From: Fusobacteriaceae bacterium
GTDB lineage: Bacteria > Fusobacteriota > Fusobacteriia > Fusobacteriales > Fusobacteriaceae
Reading direction: 5' to 3'
Length of the DNA: 35,938 bases
Assembly (NCBI GenBank): GCA_051647385.1
Contig: JBOFDW010000011.1
Location: forward strand, 1 to 35,938
Shown: piece after piece, positions 20,111-29,021 of the stretch
Layout of the letters: every line of letters begins with the position of its first letter
Numbering within the stretch: the stretch's first letter is position 1
Position numbers and translations under genes: made by a program
The notes under the pieces: model-generated
Database searches by the model: none
Told to the model about the DNA's origin: nothing
What the model saw: only the letters and a program-made list of their open reading frames with translations

Positions 20111-20291
20111 AAACTTTTTTCCTCCGTTTAGTTTTTTGTTTTGTACAAAAATATAGGCACTGAATTTATTGTATATTGCCCCGTAAGTTTTGTCAATGTA
20201 TTTGTATATAAATCTTCGCGAAATTTCTGTGTGAAATATTTTTGAGGGCAAAAAAAATCCCCGTGCAAAATTTCACACAGGGAAAAGTTTT
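20107..20291 (-). repeat. 185-bp terminator-promoter-leader module, copy A
   Basis: Near-identical to 20972-21157. It contains the terminator hairpin, TTGACA/TACAAT promoter, leader, SD and start codon. Confidence 0.85.
20168..20196 (-). promoter_or_regulatory. promoter of the 440-aa OMP gene
   Basis: Minus-strand TTGACA, 17-nt spacer, TACAAT, inside the repeated module. Confidence 0.6.
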
Positions 20292-20330
20292 AAAATATTA
20301 TGTTTCATAAAATTTTATAATTTATCTTTA

Positions 20331-20975
20331 TTAATAACTAACTAAATTAAATTTATAGCCTAGAGCCACAACTCCACTTGTATAGTTTACCTTAGAACCA
20401 ATATTTTCTCCTTTTTGTTTCAAGAAGTTTTCAGTATAAGCATATGACATATCCAAAGAAAAATTTTTGTATTCAATTCCAAATCCCACAGATAAATACG
20501 CTCCTCCATCGTAAGCATAATTTTCTGTTGCTGGATTTGTATTTCCTTCATTATTATTTTGATATGAGTAATAATAACCTAAATCAAATTCTAAAAAAGG
20601 TTTGATTTCACCATTAGGATTAAAATAACTTTTTACTATAAAATACGCAGGAGCAGAAGTATATGTTCCAACTCTTTTTCCATTTATCTCTTCCTGATTT
20701 GGTAGTTGATGAACAGAAAAACCAAATCCCCATTCACTTTTAATTATTCCATTACGCTCTGCATAAGAAAAATCATTCGTGTCATAAAGAACATTTAAAG
20801 CAACGTGATAACCATTACCAGAAGTTTTTCCATTGTTTAATCCATTTGGCAATTTAGTAAAATTTCCTAAAAAATCACCTCCAGCTTTCACTTGCATTTT
20901 TAGAGTATTTTGTTTTTCTCCTTCAGCCATTGCGACTGCTGATAATAAAACTAGACACGCCAAAACTTTTTTCAT
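20331..20975 (-). CDS. small outer-membrane beta-barrel (porin-family/OmpW-opacity-like) protein
   Basis: The real start is the ATG at 20975 (MKKVLACLVLLSAVAMA signal peptide). The sequence shows alternating amphipathic strands and Gly/Tyr-rich stretches, and ends ...ALGYKFNLVSY. Confidence 0.7.
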   Translation of the reverse strand: MKKVLACLVLLSAVAMAEGEKQNTLKMQVKAGGDFLGNFTKLPNGLNNGKTSGNGYHVALNVLYDTNDFSYAERNGIIKSEWGFGFSVHQLPNQEEINGKRVGTYTSAPAYFIVKSYFNPNGEIKPFLEFDLGYYYSYQNNNEGNTNPATENYAYDGGAYLSVGFGIEYKNFSLDMSYAYTENFLKQKGENIGSKVNYTSGVVALGYKFNLVSY

Positions 20976-21157
20976 AAACTTTTTTCCTCCGTTTAGTTTT
21001 TTTGTTTTGTACAAAAATATAGACACTGAATTTATTGTATCTTGACCAGTAAATTTTGTCAATATATTTGTATATAAATCTTCGTGAAATTTTTCGTATG
21101 AAATATTTTCTGAGAGAAAAAAATCCCCGTGCAAAATTTCACACAGGGAAAAGTTTT
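20972..21157 (-). repeat. 185-bp terminator-promoter-leader module, copy B
   Basis: Near-identical to 20107-20291. Terminator hairpin at 21117-21157; promoter TTGACA/TACAAT at 21034-21062. Confidence 0.85.
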
Positions 21158-21196
21158 CAAATATTTTTCAAGATAAAAAATTATAAAAATATTAGC

Positions 21197-22984
21197 CTAG
21201 AATTTTTTTGGGATGTCCATAAAAAATCCATACTCTCTAAACAAGTCAGCAACTATTTGCAAAGAATCTTTCTTCACAAGAATATGAAAATCCTCGCCTT
21301 TCAAAATATGCGACTTAAATCTTTTATCCTTGGAGATACTTTCTATCAAAGTTTTCTCGTTCTCTAATTTTAAAACAATATATTCTGGAATATATTTTAT
21401 TGCAGTGGTTTTTTTCATCATGTCCTCCAAAAAAGTTCCCCAGCATTCTGGCAACTCATGTGATAACTTGCTCTTAAAAGTTTCTATACGCTCACGCACA
21501 TCTGTTGCAGTCATCAAGTCTTTCAAAAAACTTTCCTCTGTCAACTTGAATTTGTTTGGAGCAATCTTTGTAGAAATTTTACCAAAAAACATTGACTTAG
21601 AAGGTGCTTCACCAATAATAGTTGCGATGAGTCTGTCCTCGTCAAGCTGAACTTCCCCTTCTTCTTTAAGCTCGTTGAACTCAAAATTATTTGGGAAACC
21701 AAACACATACTTACCAAACTCTGTGAGTCGAACGGCTTTCAGTCCTTCATACTTGCTCAGATATCCGCTCTTCAAATATAAACTGATTTTTTGTGATGGA
21801 GCTTCATAGAAAACTTCCACGACTCCCAAAACTGCCAGTACAAAAAATGAAGATTTTATAAATGGAACTACGACATAGTTCAAATAATTTTCGTAGGTCT
21901 CAATTTTTGTCCGCTTATAATTTGCCTCGTTCAAATAAATATACCCGAAAGCATCTTCAACACTTACTATCTCAATAGGTTCATCTTGATATAAGATTCT
22001 CTTAACTATATTGTCAATACTTATGAGAGGGTTTGAAGTTTTGGTCACTGGAAATTCTCGGACAACTTTTTCGATAGTCCCGAGACAATCCTCAACAATT
22101 TCTTTTCCCTTGGGAGAATTTTTCAGCCCCTTTAAATAATTCATGTACAAAAAGCTGTAATGAAATTTTTCCTTACGAACAATTTTCCCAGAGAGAAAAT
22201 CCAGCACAAGTTTTTTCATACTATCAGCAGAAAAATTATCAGCTTTAATATGCCCGTCATCTATCAAGTGGAAAAATAAAGCGATAGTCTCCGTTTTTAA
22301 ATATAGCATTTCTTTTTCTTCGGTGAAATATTCGCTTATCTTACAATATTTTGCCATATTTTCTTTGGACTCTTTCAAAATTTTTCCAGAGGAAGAAATG
22401 GCGATACCACCTTGATCATAGAAATCACAGTACATCTTAATATTTTGCATGAAAGTTTTTTCATCATTGGCAGTGTAGCACTCATATTTTTTATTAGTTT
22501 TTCTAATTTCATAGTCAGGAGATTTTTCTGGAAGCACGTTCCAAAGTTCTCGCATCATGTCAAAGGGTAAAGTTAGGTACTCATTTTTTTTCATGTCTCT
22601 TTTTGCTTGGAAAAATAAATACTCATCTTTTAAATTTTTCTCGAGATTAAAAGTTGTGTGACCAGAAAAATAAAGTTGCCTATCTTTTTTGATAGTAAAT
22701 TTTCCTTCCCATGCAATCGTCTCAAAAATAGTTTTCATATTATCGTCGAGAGACTCAAAAATTTTATGAAAATTTTCTGGCTCAAACATTCTCACTACTA
22801 AATCTATCAGGACATCTCTGTCGCTGTCGGCTGTAATCATACAGCTAACTTTTGGGTTAGCCAAATCTTCCCCGAGATATCCGTCAACCATCCAATCCAA
22901 AAAATACGTATCGAATAATTTGCCGAGAATTTCTCGAGTATAAAGTTCTTTAACATCTCCAACGAATCTATCTTTTTTTCTCAT
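21197..22984 (-). CDS. hypothetical 595-aa protein, SNF2-helicase partner
   Basis: Long uninterrupted ORF 25 nt downstream of the SNF2 gene, followed by the repeated terminator. No catalytic or metal-binding motif recognised. Confidence 0.7.
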   Translation of the reverse strand: MRKKDRFVGDVKELYTREILGKLFDTYFLDWMVDGYLGEDLANPKVSCMITADSDRDVLIDLVVRMFEPENFHKIFESLDDNMKTIFETIAWEGKFTIKKDRQLYFSGHTTFNLEKNLKDEYLFFQAKRDMKKNEYLTLPFDMMRELWNVLPEKSPDYEIRKTNKKYECYTANDEKTFMQNIKMYCDFYDQGGIAISSSGKILKESKENMAKYCKISEYFTEEKEMLYLKTETIALFFHLIDDGHIKADNFSADSMKKLVLDFLSGKIVRKEKFHYSFLYMNYLKGLKNSPKGKEIVEDCLGTIEKVVREFPVTKTSNPLISIDNIVKRILYQDEPIEIVSVEDAFGYIYLNEANYKRTKIETYENYLNYVVVPFIKSSFFVLAVLGVVEVFYEAPSQKISLYLKSGYLSKYEGLKAVRLTEFGKYVFGFPNNFEFNELKEEGEVQLDEDRLIATIIGEAPSKSMFFGKISTKIAPNKFKLTEESFLKDLMTATDVRERIETFKSKLSHELPECWGTFLEDMMKKTTAIKYIPEYIVLKLENEKTLIESISKDKRFKSHILKGEDFHILVKKDSLQIVADLFREYGFFMDIPKKF

Positions 22985-23009
22985 AATTTACAAACCTCAA
23001 TTCCTTTTT

Positions 23010-25817
23010 TTATTCTGCACCAAAAATAAACTGTATATCATCCTCAGTCAAAAATTTTACCGAAGCGTTGTCCTCAGATATCAGGTTTTCTAGTAACTCG
23101 GTCTTTAAGCCTTGAAGCTTTAAAATTTTCTCTTCTATACTATCCTTCAAAATTAATTTGTAAGAAAATACTGTTCGGTCTTGCCCAATTCTGTAAGCTC
23201 TGTCCACAGCTTGGTTTTCCACAGTCTTATTCCACCACGGGTCATATATAAAAATAGTATCGGCGGAAGTTAAGTTGAGACCAACTCCACCAGTTTTTAA
23301 CGTCATTACGAAAACTTTATAGCTGCTATCTTTTTGAAACCTGTCAACTAAATTTTGCCTGTCGGTTGTAGCACCTGTCATGGTCAAATATTTTATTTTG
23401 AAAACATCCAGCTCCCTGCAAATTCCTTCGATGGAAGCAATATAATTTGTGAAGACCAAAACTTTATGCCCGTTGGCAACTGCGTCAGCAACACTATTTA
23501 TAAGATGCTTTCTTTTGCTGGATAATATTTTCGGGTTCTTACTTTCTGGGCAACTTGTAATTTGCCTCAGCTCGTTAATCGCCTGCAAAAGATAAAATTG
23601 CGACTTACCAAGTCCCTGCTCTTTAATCTGAGCTTTGACGGCGTCATAATAATAAATCCGCCTCTCTTCATAAAACTTTTTCTGGTCGTGGTTCATTTCT
23701 ATAACAACAGTTTGCTCGATTTTATCTGGCAAATCTTTTAGAACTTCTTTTTTTATCCTACGCAAAATAAATGGGTAGATTTTTTTTCTAAGCTCTTGAA
23801 TAACTTCTTTGTCATTGTCACGTTGAATAGGATTTGCATAAACAGCATTAAAAGTATCCAGCGACCCAAACATGTTTGGATTCAAAAATCTGAACAGTGA
23901 ATAAAGTTCTGTCAAATTATTTTCGATTGGAGTTCCGCTCAGTGCCAATCTATTATTAGAAGTTAATAGCATGATAGCTTTTGTAGTTTGAGCGTTTACG
24001 TTTTTTATATTCTGAGACTCGTCCAAAATTACCAGCTCAAAAGGAATCTTAGAAATTTTTTCGATGTCGTTCCTCACCGTACCATAAGTTGTCAAGATAA
24101 CTTCGTGCTCATCAAAAGTTTTCATGTCTCGAAAGTTTCCGTAATAAATTCCACTGTCAATTTGAGGTGCGAATTTTTTTATCTCACTTTCCCAGTTGAA
24201 TACCAAACTTTTTGGCATTACGACCAAACTTTTTCCAGATTTATTATCACAAATTTTTGATAGGAGGGCAATTGCCTGCAAAGTTTTTCCAAGCCCCATA
24301 TCGTCAGCCAGACATCCGCCCAAATTATTGTCCACCAAATAACACAGCCACTTGTAACCGTACTCTTGATATGTTCTCATCTCGGCTCGAACATTTGGCG
24401 GAGTAGTTTCATAATTTTCTATCTGATTTATCCCGTTAAAAAAGTTTGCACTCTTAATAAATTCTTGCCCGAAAATTTTTTCCTCAATCATTTCTTCCAC
24501 GATGGGCAAATCAAAGAAAGAAATTTTTACCGAATCACCAGAACTTCCAACATTAAATATTCGTTCAAGTTTTTCAATATATTTATGATTTATCAGTGCG
24601 TTTGTCCCGTCGCTCAAAACTATATAAGAATCAGTTTTGTATGTCGCAAGAATATCCGCAATGGAAAATTTTTCGCCCTCGATATCCAGCTTAACATTTC
24701 CTTCCAAAAAGTTTATAGAATGTTTGAAGCTACCAACTATTTTTGGCTTAACAGTTTTGATATTATATTTTTTTAATTTCTCAGCACCAACAACACGATA
24801 TTTTGTTGCGAACTTCAAAAGTTCTTTCCCGATAAATTCTTTCGCCAAAGCTTCTTGGAGTATGAGCATGTTGTCGTCGTCCAAATAAAATCCAGACCTG
24901 ACTTTTATTAGTCGCTGATGTTTCACGAGAGCCTTTGTAATTTCTTCAATGGCAACGCTCAGACCGCTCATATCTATTTCTGAAATCTGAATTTTTTTCT
25001 CCATATTATTTACGATGGCAATTTTCTCAATGCCGTTTTCTTTCAAGAAATCGTAACTCATTGTGGAAGCGCCAAGAGTAATTTTCATGTACAAACTATT
25101 ATCTTGGGAAATTTTTTCGATAATCATTTCAGGAACTAAAATTCTTTTCTCGCCACTGTCGATGGAATAATCCAAACAATTTATTTTGATATCGTGAAAA
25201 TACGTAGAAAAAATACTCAAAAAACTTTCCAGCTCCCACGATGAAAGTGATGATTGAAAATTTTTGAGCTCGTATATTGAGTCGTTTACTAAATCTAGCT
25301 TGAAAAATTTATCTTCGCAAAAAATATAATCGTCGTCAATAATTGTAATATCAGAATATTGTTCGTTTAAAAGAAAAAGACTTTTGAGTTTTATCCCTTC
25401 GTCTTGGTCTTCAACCTCGATAATATTTAGAGCAACAGAATTATTTTCAGGAAAATATTCTATCTGCTTGAAATTTTCATCAACAAAAATATTTGAATGC
25501 ACCAAAAGTTTCACAAGCTCTGGGTCATTGGAAATATATAACAGCTCAGAAAGTTTTGCAGCCTGAGCTTCGTCCATCTCTTCGTCTGTTGACCATGCGT
25601 CAAAATTCCATTGGCTCAAGTCCTCAGATTTTTTGCTTGCGGTTATGTAATCCAAAATTTCCAAATTTTGTTGAGACAAGTTAAATTTTTCAAAATTTAT
25701 TTTCAGCTCAGAAAATTCTTCCGTCTTTTCTCCGTCAAATATAATCGTTTCAACATAAGGACCTATTTCATTATTTTTAAGCATAAAATAAATTCCACGT
25801 TCAATAGGTATCATCAA
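23010..25817 (-). CDS. SNF2-family helicase with about 480-aa uncharacterised N-terminal region
   Basis: Motif I DDMGLGKT, motif II VILDESQNIKN, helicase-C motifs (LKTGGVGLNLTSADTIFIYDPWWN, QAVDRAYRIGQ). SD AGGAGAA upstream. Confidence 0.9.
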   Translation of the reverse strand: MMIPIERGIYFMLKNNEIGPYVETIIFDGEKTEEFSELKINFEKFNLSQQNLEILDYITASKKSEDLSQWNFDAWSTDEEMDEAQAAKLSELLYISNDPELVKLLVHSNIFVDENFKQIEYFPENNSVALNIIEVEDQDEGIKLKSLFLLNEQYSDITIIDDDYIFCEDKFFKLDLVNDSIYELKNFQSSLSSWELESFLSIFSTYFHDIKINCLDYSIDSGEKRILVPEMIIEKISQDNSLYMKITLGASTMSYDFLKENGIEKIAIVNNMEKKIQISEIDMSGLSVAIEEITKALVKHQRLIKVRSGFYLDDDNMLILQEALAKEFIGKELLKFATKYRVVGAEKLKKYNIKTVKPKIVGSFKHSINFLEGNVKLDIEGEKFSIADILATYKTDSYIVLSDGTNALINHKYIEKLERIFNVGSSGDSVKISFFDLPIVEEMIEEKIFGQEFIKSANFFNGINQIENYETTPPNVRAEMRTYQEYGYKWLCYLVDNNLGGCLADDMGLGKTLQAIALLSKICDNKSGKSLVVMPKSLVFNWESEIKKFAPQIDSGIYYGNFRDMKTFDEHEVILTTYGTVRNDIEKISKIPFELVILDESQNIKNVNAQTTKAIMLLTSNNRLALSGTPIENNLTELYSLFRFLNPNMFGSLDTFNAVYANPIQRDNDKEVIQELRKKIYPFILRRIKKEVLKDLPDKIEQTVVIEMNHDQKKFYEERRIYYYDAVKAQIKEQGLGKSQFYLLQAINELRQITSCPESKNPKILSSKRKHLINSVADAVANGHKVLVFTNYIASIEGICRELDVFKIKYLTMTGATTDRQNLVDRFQKDSSYKVFVMTLKTGGVGLNLTSADTIFIYDPWWNKTVENQAVDRAYRIGQDRTVFSYKLILKDSIEEKILKLQGLKTELLENLISEDNASVKFLTEDDIQFIFGAE

Positions 25818-25883
25818 AAATTTCTCCTAAAAAATTTTCTTGTAAAAATCTTGCAAAAATAAGGTTAAACATACTCACTCGAC

Positions 25884-25912
25884 ATTATACCATATTGGCT
25901 AAATTGTCGCAA
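25884..25912 (-). promoter_or_regulatory. putative promoter of the SNF2 operon
   Basis: Minus-strand TTGCGA, 17-nt spacer, TATAAT with a TG extension, about 65 nt upstream of the start. Confidence 0.5.
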
Positions 25913-25919
25913 CTGAAAA

Positions 25920-25964
25920 AATTTTTAGAGAAGAAGTTTGAAGGCGAGCGATAAGCCTTCATAA
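25920..25964 (+). repeat. REP-like hairpin repeat, copy A
   Basis: AATTTTTAGAGAAGAAGTTTGAAGGC-gagcgataa-GCCTTCATAA. It matches copy D (inverted) at about 41 of 45 positions. Confidence 0.8.
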
Positions 25965-26020
25965 TTTTTTTATATTTATCCAAGTTTTTTGTCATGAAAA
26001 TTATTTTTAAGCTATTGAAA

Positions 26021-26080
26021 TTTTTTAGAGAAGGGGGGCGACCGCTAAGCCACCCATAAAAAACTTGCTAAGAATATTTA
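26021..26080 (+). repeat. REP-like hairpin repeat, copy B
   Basis: TTTTTTAGAGAAGGGGGGC-gaccgctaa-GCCACCCATAAAAAACTTGCTAAGAATATTT. It shares the 3' flank with copy C. Confidence 0.8.
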
Positions 26081-26086
26081 TTTTGA

Positions 26087-27523
26087 CTACCCTTTGTCAT
26101 TAAGTTTTCTGAAGGCTTGATTTATTCTAAAAATGCCAAGCACTAAAAATATTTTTTCCAGTAGCAGGAAAAATTTCACGCCTAAATGTAATTCTTTATT
26201 TAGAATTTCAAAATTAATTAATGAGTTAATATATTCCACTAAAAAATTTCCCCATATTTTTAGAGTGAACCCGTCCATTCCGATGAAAATAAATTTTGAC
26301 GTAAAAAATTGTGATATAAAATACAGTAACAAAGTTAAGGACACCGTTGTCCAAATTCCTCTCCACCAACTTAGACCATAATTATTTGACCACTTGTTAA
26401 AAAATAAAATTATTCTGTCCTCGTAATTTCTTTCCACAATAAATTTTTGTGCCTTTATAAAAAAATTTTCAATGCGAGTTTTTTTGAGTAAAAAATTTGA
26501 AAATTTTCTAAATATTATTCCAAATTTTGTTGGCTTAATTTTTTCTTTTAGTTCTTCATGATAAGCTGTCATCTCTTTTCGCAACAATTTATTTGCAAGA
26601 ATTTTATTATGATTTTCGATGGCTATATGTTTCAAGAGTCGCCATGTATTTCTACTACATTTTTTGATTTTGTCATAACTCTCATCTTTCATAACTAAAA
26701 ATTCTGTCCCTAATAAATTATGTATATCATCGAACGCTAAGTAATCTATCTCACTAATGTCAAAGTAAAGATATTTTTCAAAAGTTGCTTTGGAAAAATC
26801 TGGATTTCTATTAAAAGTTACACAAAAAAAATCAGTCCTGTCACAAAAAATCGCATTAGGAAAATAAGCATATTCTTTGAAATTTACAAGAGAAAAATCT
26901 ACCTGACCTCTCAAATGTGCCTCATTAAAATAAGCTGACTTTCCAATGTTGGTAGAATAAAAATTAGTTTTTCCATTAATTATTGCTCCAGAAAACCTAG
27001 CGTTTTGACCAATCAAAGCATTAGAAAAATCAATTTCTCCACTAATTGTTGAACCAAAATCAGCATCACCTTTAATTACTGAACAAGAAAAAATAGCATT
27101 GCCTTCAATTTTTGACAAATAAAAGTCAACTTTCCCGCTAATTATTGCCCAAGAAAAATTAATATCTCCACAAATTTTTACTTCTCTAAAATTTGCATCT
27201 CCGTTAATTGTTGCCATACGGAAATTTGTATGCCCTTTAAAAATTGCATTAAAAAAATTGGCATTTCCTTTGAAAATTACCAAAGAAAAATCATTTATAC
27301 CTTTTTGCACAAGTTTAGTTGCTTCTTCACAAACTTCTTTTGGCAAAATCATTCGATAGAATCTATCAAGCATCCCATTTGCTCCAATTTCCATCTCATA
27401 TGTGAAGTTATAATTTTCATCAACAAGTCCAAGTTCCCTACAAACTTTTTCTATTTTTTTATGATTTTCTTCTTTATCTTTTTCCTCTGGTTTATATCTC
27501 TCCATAACTTTTACCTCTTCCAT
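26087..27523 (-). CDS. pentapeptide-repeat protein with C-terminal transmembrane segments
   Basis: About 200 aa of A(N/D)Fxx-type pentapeptide repeats (GNANFFNAIFKGHTNFRMATINGDANFREVKICGDINF...). Two hydrophobic helices lie near the C-terminus (GIWTTVSLTLLLYFISQFF; FFLLLEKIFLVLGIF). SD GGAGGG and a TATAAT at 27558-27563. Confidence 0.85.
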   Translation of the reverse strand: MEEVKVMERYKPEEKDKEENHKKIEKVCRELGLVDENYNFTYEMEIGANGMLDRFYRMILPKEVCEEATKLVQKGINDFSLVIFKGNANFFNAIFKGHTNFRMATINGDANFREVKICGDINFSWAIISGKVDFYLSKIEGNAIFSCSVIKGDADFGSTISGEIDFSNALIGQNARFSGAIINGKTNFYSTNIGKSAYFNEAHLRGQVDFSLVNFKEYAYFPNAIFCDRTDFFCVTFNRNPDFSKATFEKYLYFDISEIDYLAFDDIHNLLGTEFLVMKDESYDKIKKCSRNTWRLLKHIAIENHNKILANKLLRKEMTAYHEELKEKIKPTKFGIIFRKFSNFLLKKTRIENFFIKAQKFIVERNYEDRIILFFNKWSNNYGLSWWRGIWTTVSLTLLLYFISQFFTSKFIFIGMDGFTLKIWGNFLVEYINSLINFEILNKELHLGVKFFLLLEKIFLVLGIFRINQAFRKLNDKG

Positions 27524-28060
27524 TCTTTCCCTCCAAAAATATTTTTATCTACATTAATTATATCACACCTAAAAAAAATTCCCTCGCAAAATATTTGTCC
27601 TCCCCAAAACCTATCCTTCCAACCAAAATCCCCTCCCATTTTTCTCTAAAAAAAGTCCAAACGAAAAATACCGCGTCATACGAGGTCATACAGGCATTTT
27701 CACTTTTTACATGAACGTAAGTTCACAAAAACCGTTTAACACCCCTTAATCGCGACTCGATTTTTTCCTAATATAGTTGACTTTGCGAGTTTTGTCCTTA
27801 AAGCGTCCTTCGAAACACACAAACTTCATCAAACAAACCCTCATAAAACCAGCCCTGAAAAATTCCAAGCTTTTTGAGAGGCAGTTTTTCGTGATATATC
27901 ATTTTCATACGAAAGACAAAAGACGATTGTTTTTAAAATTTCACATAAATATTTTTACAAAAAATATTAAAACTAAAAAGTAAACTAATATTTTGAGTTA
28001 GGAGTTTCATAGTTTTCATGCTATACTTTAGATATAAAACTTTGAGGAGGCGGAAAAATT

Positions 28061-28576
28061 TTGGAGAACTTAACATTGCAAGAGAGAAAAATAATTGTCA
28101 CTGATATGATAGTCAGGTTCACGAAAAAAATCGGGCGAGAAAAAAAGACTCGTCAGACTTTGTTTAAGCGAATGACTCTCAGAAAACTTATCGAAAAAAA
28201 GATGATTGAAAATATTCCGCTACCTGAAGACTCAGCCTACGAAAGTTATGACGAGTGGCTTAAAAGTTGCGTGCGACGAGAAAAATATAATATGACAGTC
28301 CTGAAAAATATCCAAAAAGCTAAGAGTAATGTTTGGGTTTTGGAGTGGGGGCTTAGAAAACTCGAAGAAGAAATAAGACAAGAGAAAGAAAAGCAAGTGA
28401 ATTTTTTTGAGAGGCTTCAGGCAGTTGGACAAACTTTTAGTTTTGAAAAAGATGAGAATAATTACCAAGAAAATTTTAATAAAGAAAATAATTATATAAG
28501 CAGAAAAAGTTTCGGGCGAAATTCGAGCTATGAATTTTCTCGAGGGCAAGTTTTGTTTCTCAGAAGGAAGCGATAG
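28061..28576 (+). CDS. hypothetical basic coiled-coil protein
   Basis: 171-aa ORF with a TTG start 10 nt after the SD GAGGAGG. No recognisable domain. Confidence 0.5.
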   Translation: MENLTLQERKIIVTDMIVRFTKKIGREKKTRQTLFKRMTLRKLIEKKMIENIPLPEDSAYESYDEWLKSCVRREKYNMTVLKNIQKAKSNVWVLEWGLRKLEEEIRQEKEKQVNFFERLQAVGQTFSFEKDENNYQENFNKENNYISRKSFGRNSSYEFSRGQVLFLRRKR

Positions 28577-28593
28577 TTTTTTTGTTGTGCGGA

Positions 28594-28680
28594 TTTTTTT
28601 AGAGAAGAAAGTTTTAGAGAAGGGGGAGCAGGGGGGCGAGCGATAAGCCACCCATAAAAAAACTTGATAAGAATATTTTT
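28594..28680 (+). repeat. REP-like hairpin repeat, copy C
   Basis: TTTTTTTAGAGAAG...TTTTAGAGAAGGGGGAGCAGGGGGGC-gagcgataa-GCCACCCATAAAAAAACTTGATAAGAATATTT. The TTAGAGAAG head is duplicated. Confidence 0.8.
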
Positions 28681-28782
28681 TTTTATTTTGAGCTGACTAA
28701 TAAAATTTGGTAGGCTTTTTTATTTTTAAAGTAAAAAAACTTTTCAAGGATTTATTTCTTTTGTATTTTTATGTAGTTTATA

Positions 28783-28791
28783 TGCTACAAT
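28783..28791 (+). promoter_or_regulatory. extended -10 (TGcTACAAT) for the small-peptide transcript
   Basis: TGCTACAAT lies about 50 nt upstream of the SD of the 21-codon ORF. It resembles the -10 regions of the two downstream sRNA units. Confidence 0.45.
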
Positions 28792-28840
28792 GCTTTGGGC
28801 TTAAAACTGCCGACCCTTCAAAAAAAGGGAGGTGAATTTT

Positions 28841-28906
28841 TTGGTTATAATACGATTATTTTTGCTCATAGTTTTATTCTTCTTGATTTTTAAGAAAATT
28901 CTATGA
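28841..28906 (+). CDS. 21-aa hydrophobic peptide, candidate type I toxin
   Basis: Not in the ORF track because it is too short. SD GGGAGGTG (28827-28834), 8-nt spacing from GGAGG, then a TTG start. The peptide is MVIIRLFLLIVLFFLIFKKIL with a TGA stop, and a 9-bp perfect hairpin follows. Confidence 0.45.
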   Translation: MVIIRLFLLIVLFFLIFKKIL

Positions 28907-28921
28907 GTGGCAGTTGAGCCA

Positions 28922-28948
28922 AGAGCATGGATTCGCACCCCATGCTCT
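28922..28948 (+). terminator. hairpin after the small ORF
   Basis: AGAGCATGG-attcgcacc-CCATGCTCT perfect 9-bp stem followed by TTTAATTTG. Confidence 0.5.
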
Positions 28949-29021
28949 TTAATTTGTATGATATTTTTAATGGTCAATAAAAACATTTTACAATTTTCTA
29001 AAAGTATGGTACAATATTTTT

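Noticed and set aside
20111-21134. N-terminal extensions of the two OMP ORFs in the ORF track (MPSKIFHTE... to 20251; MHGDFFLSEN... to 21134) and the 76-aa ORF 18517-18747 (MHGDFFCSK...)
   Set aside because: The extensions read through the repeated terminator-promoter module; HGDFF is simply the translated terminator hairpin. Internal ATGs with GGAGG SDs followed by signal peptides are the credible starts.
27777-27983. 68-aa basic ORF in the long intergenic gap
   Set aside because: TTG start without an SD, Lys/Phe-rich low-complexity product, and no terminator. It is treated as noncoding, though the region itself is flagged in the findings.
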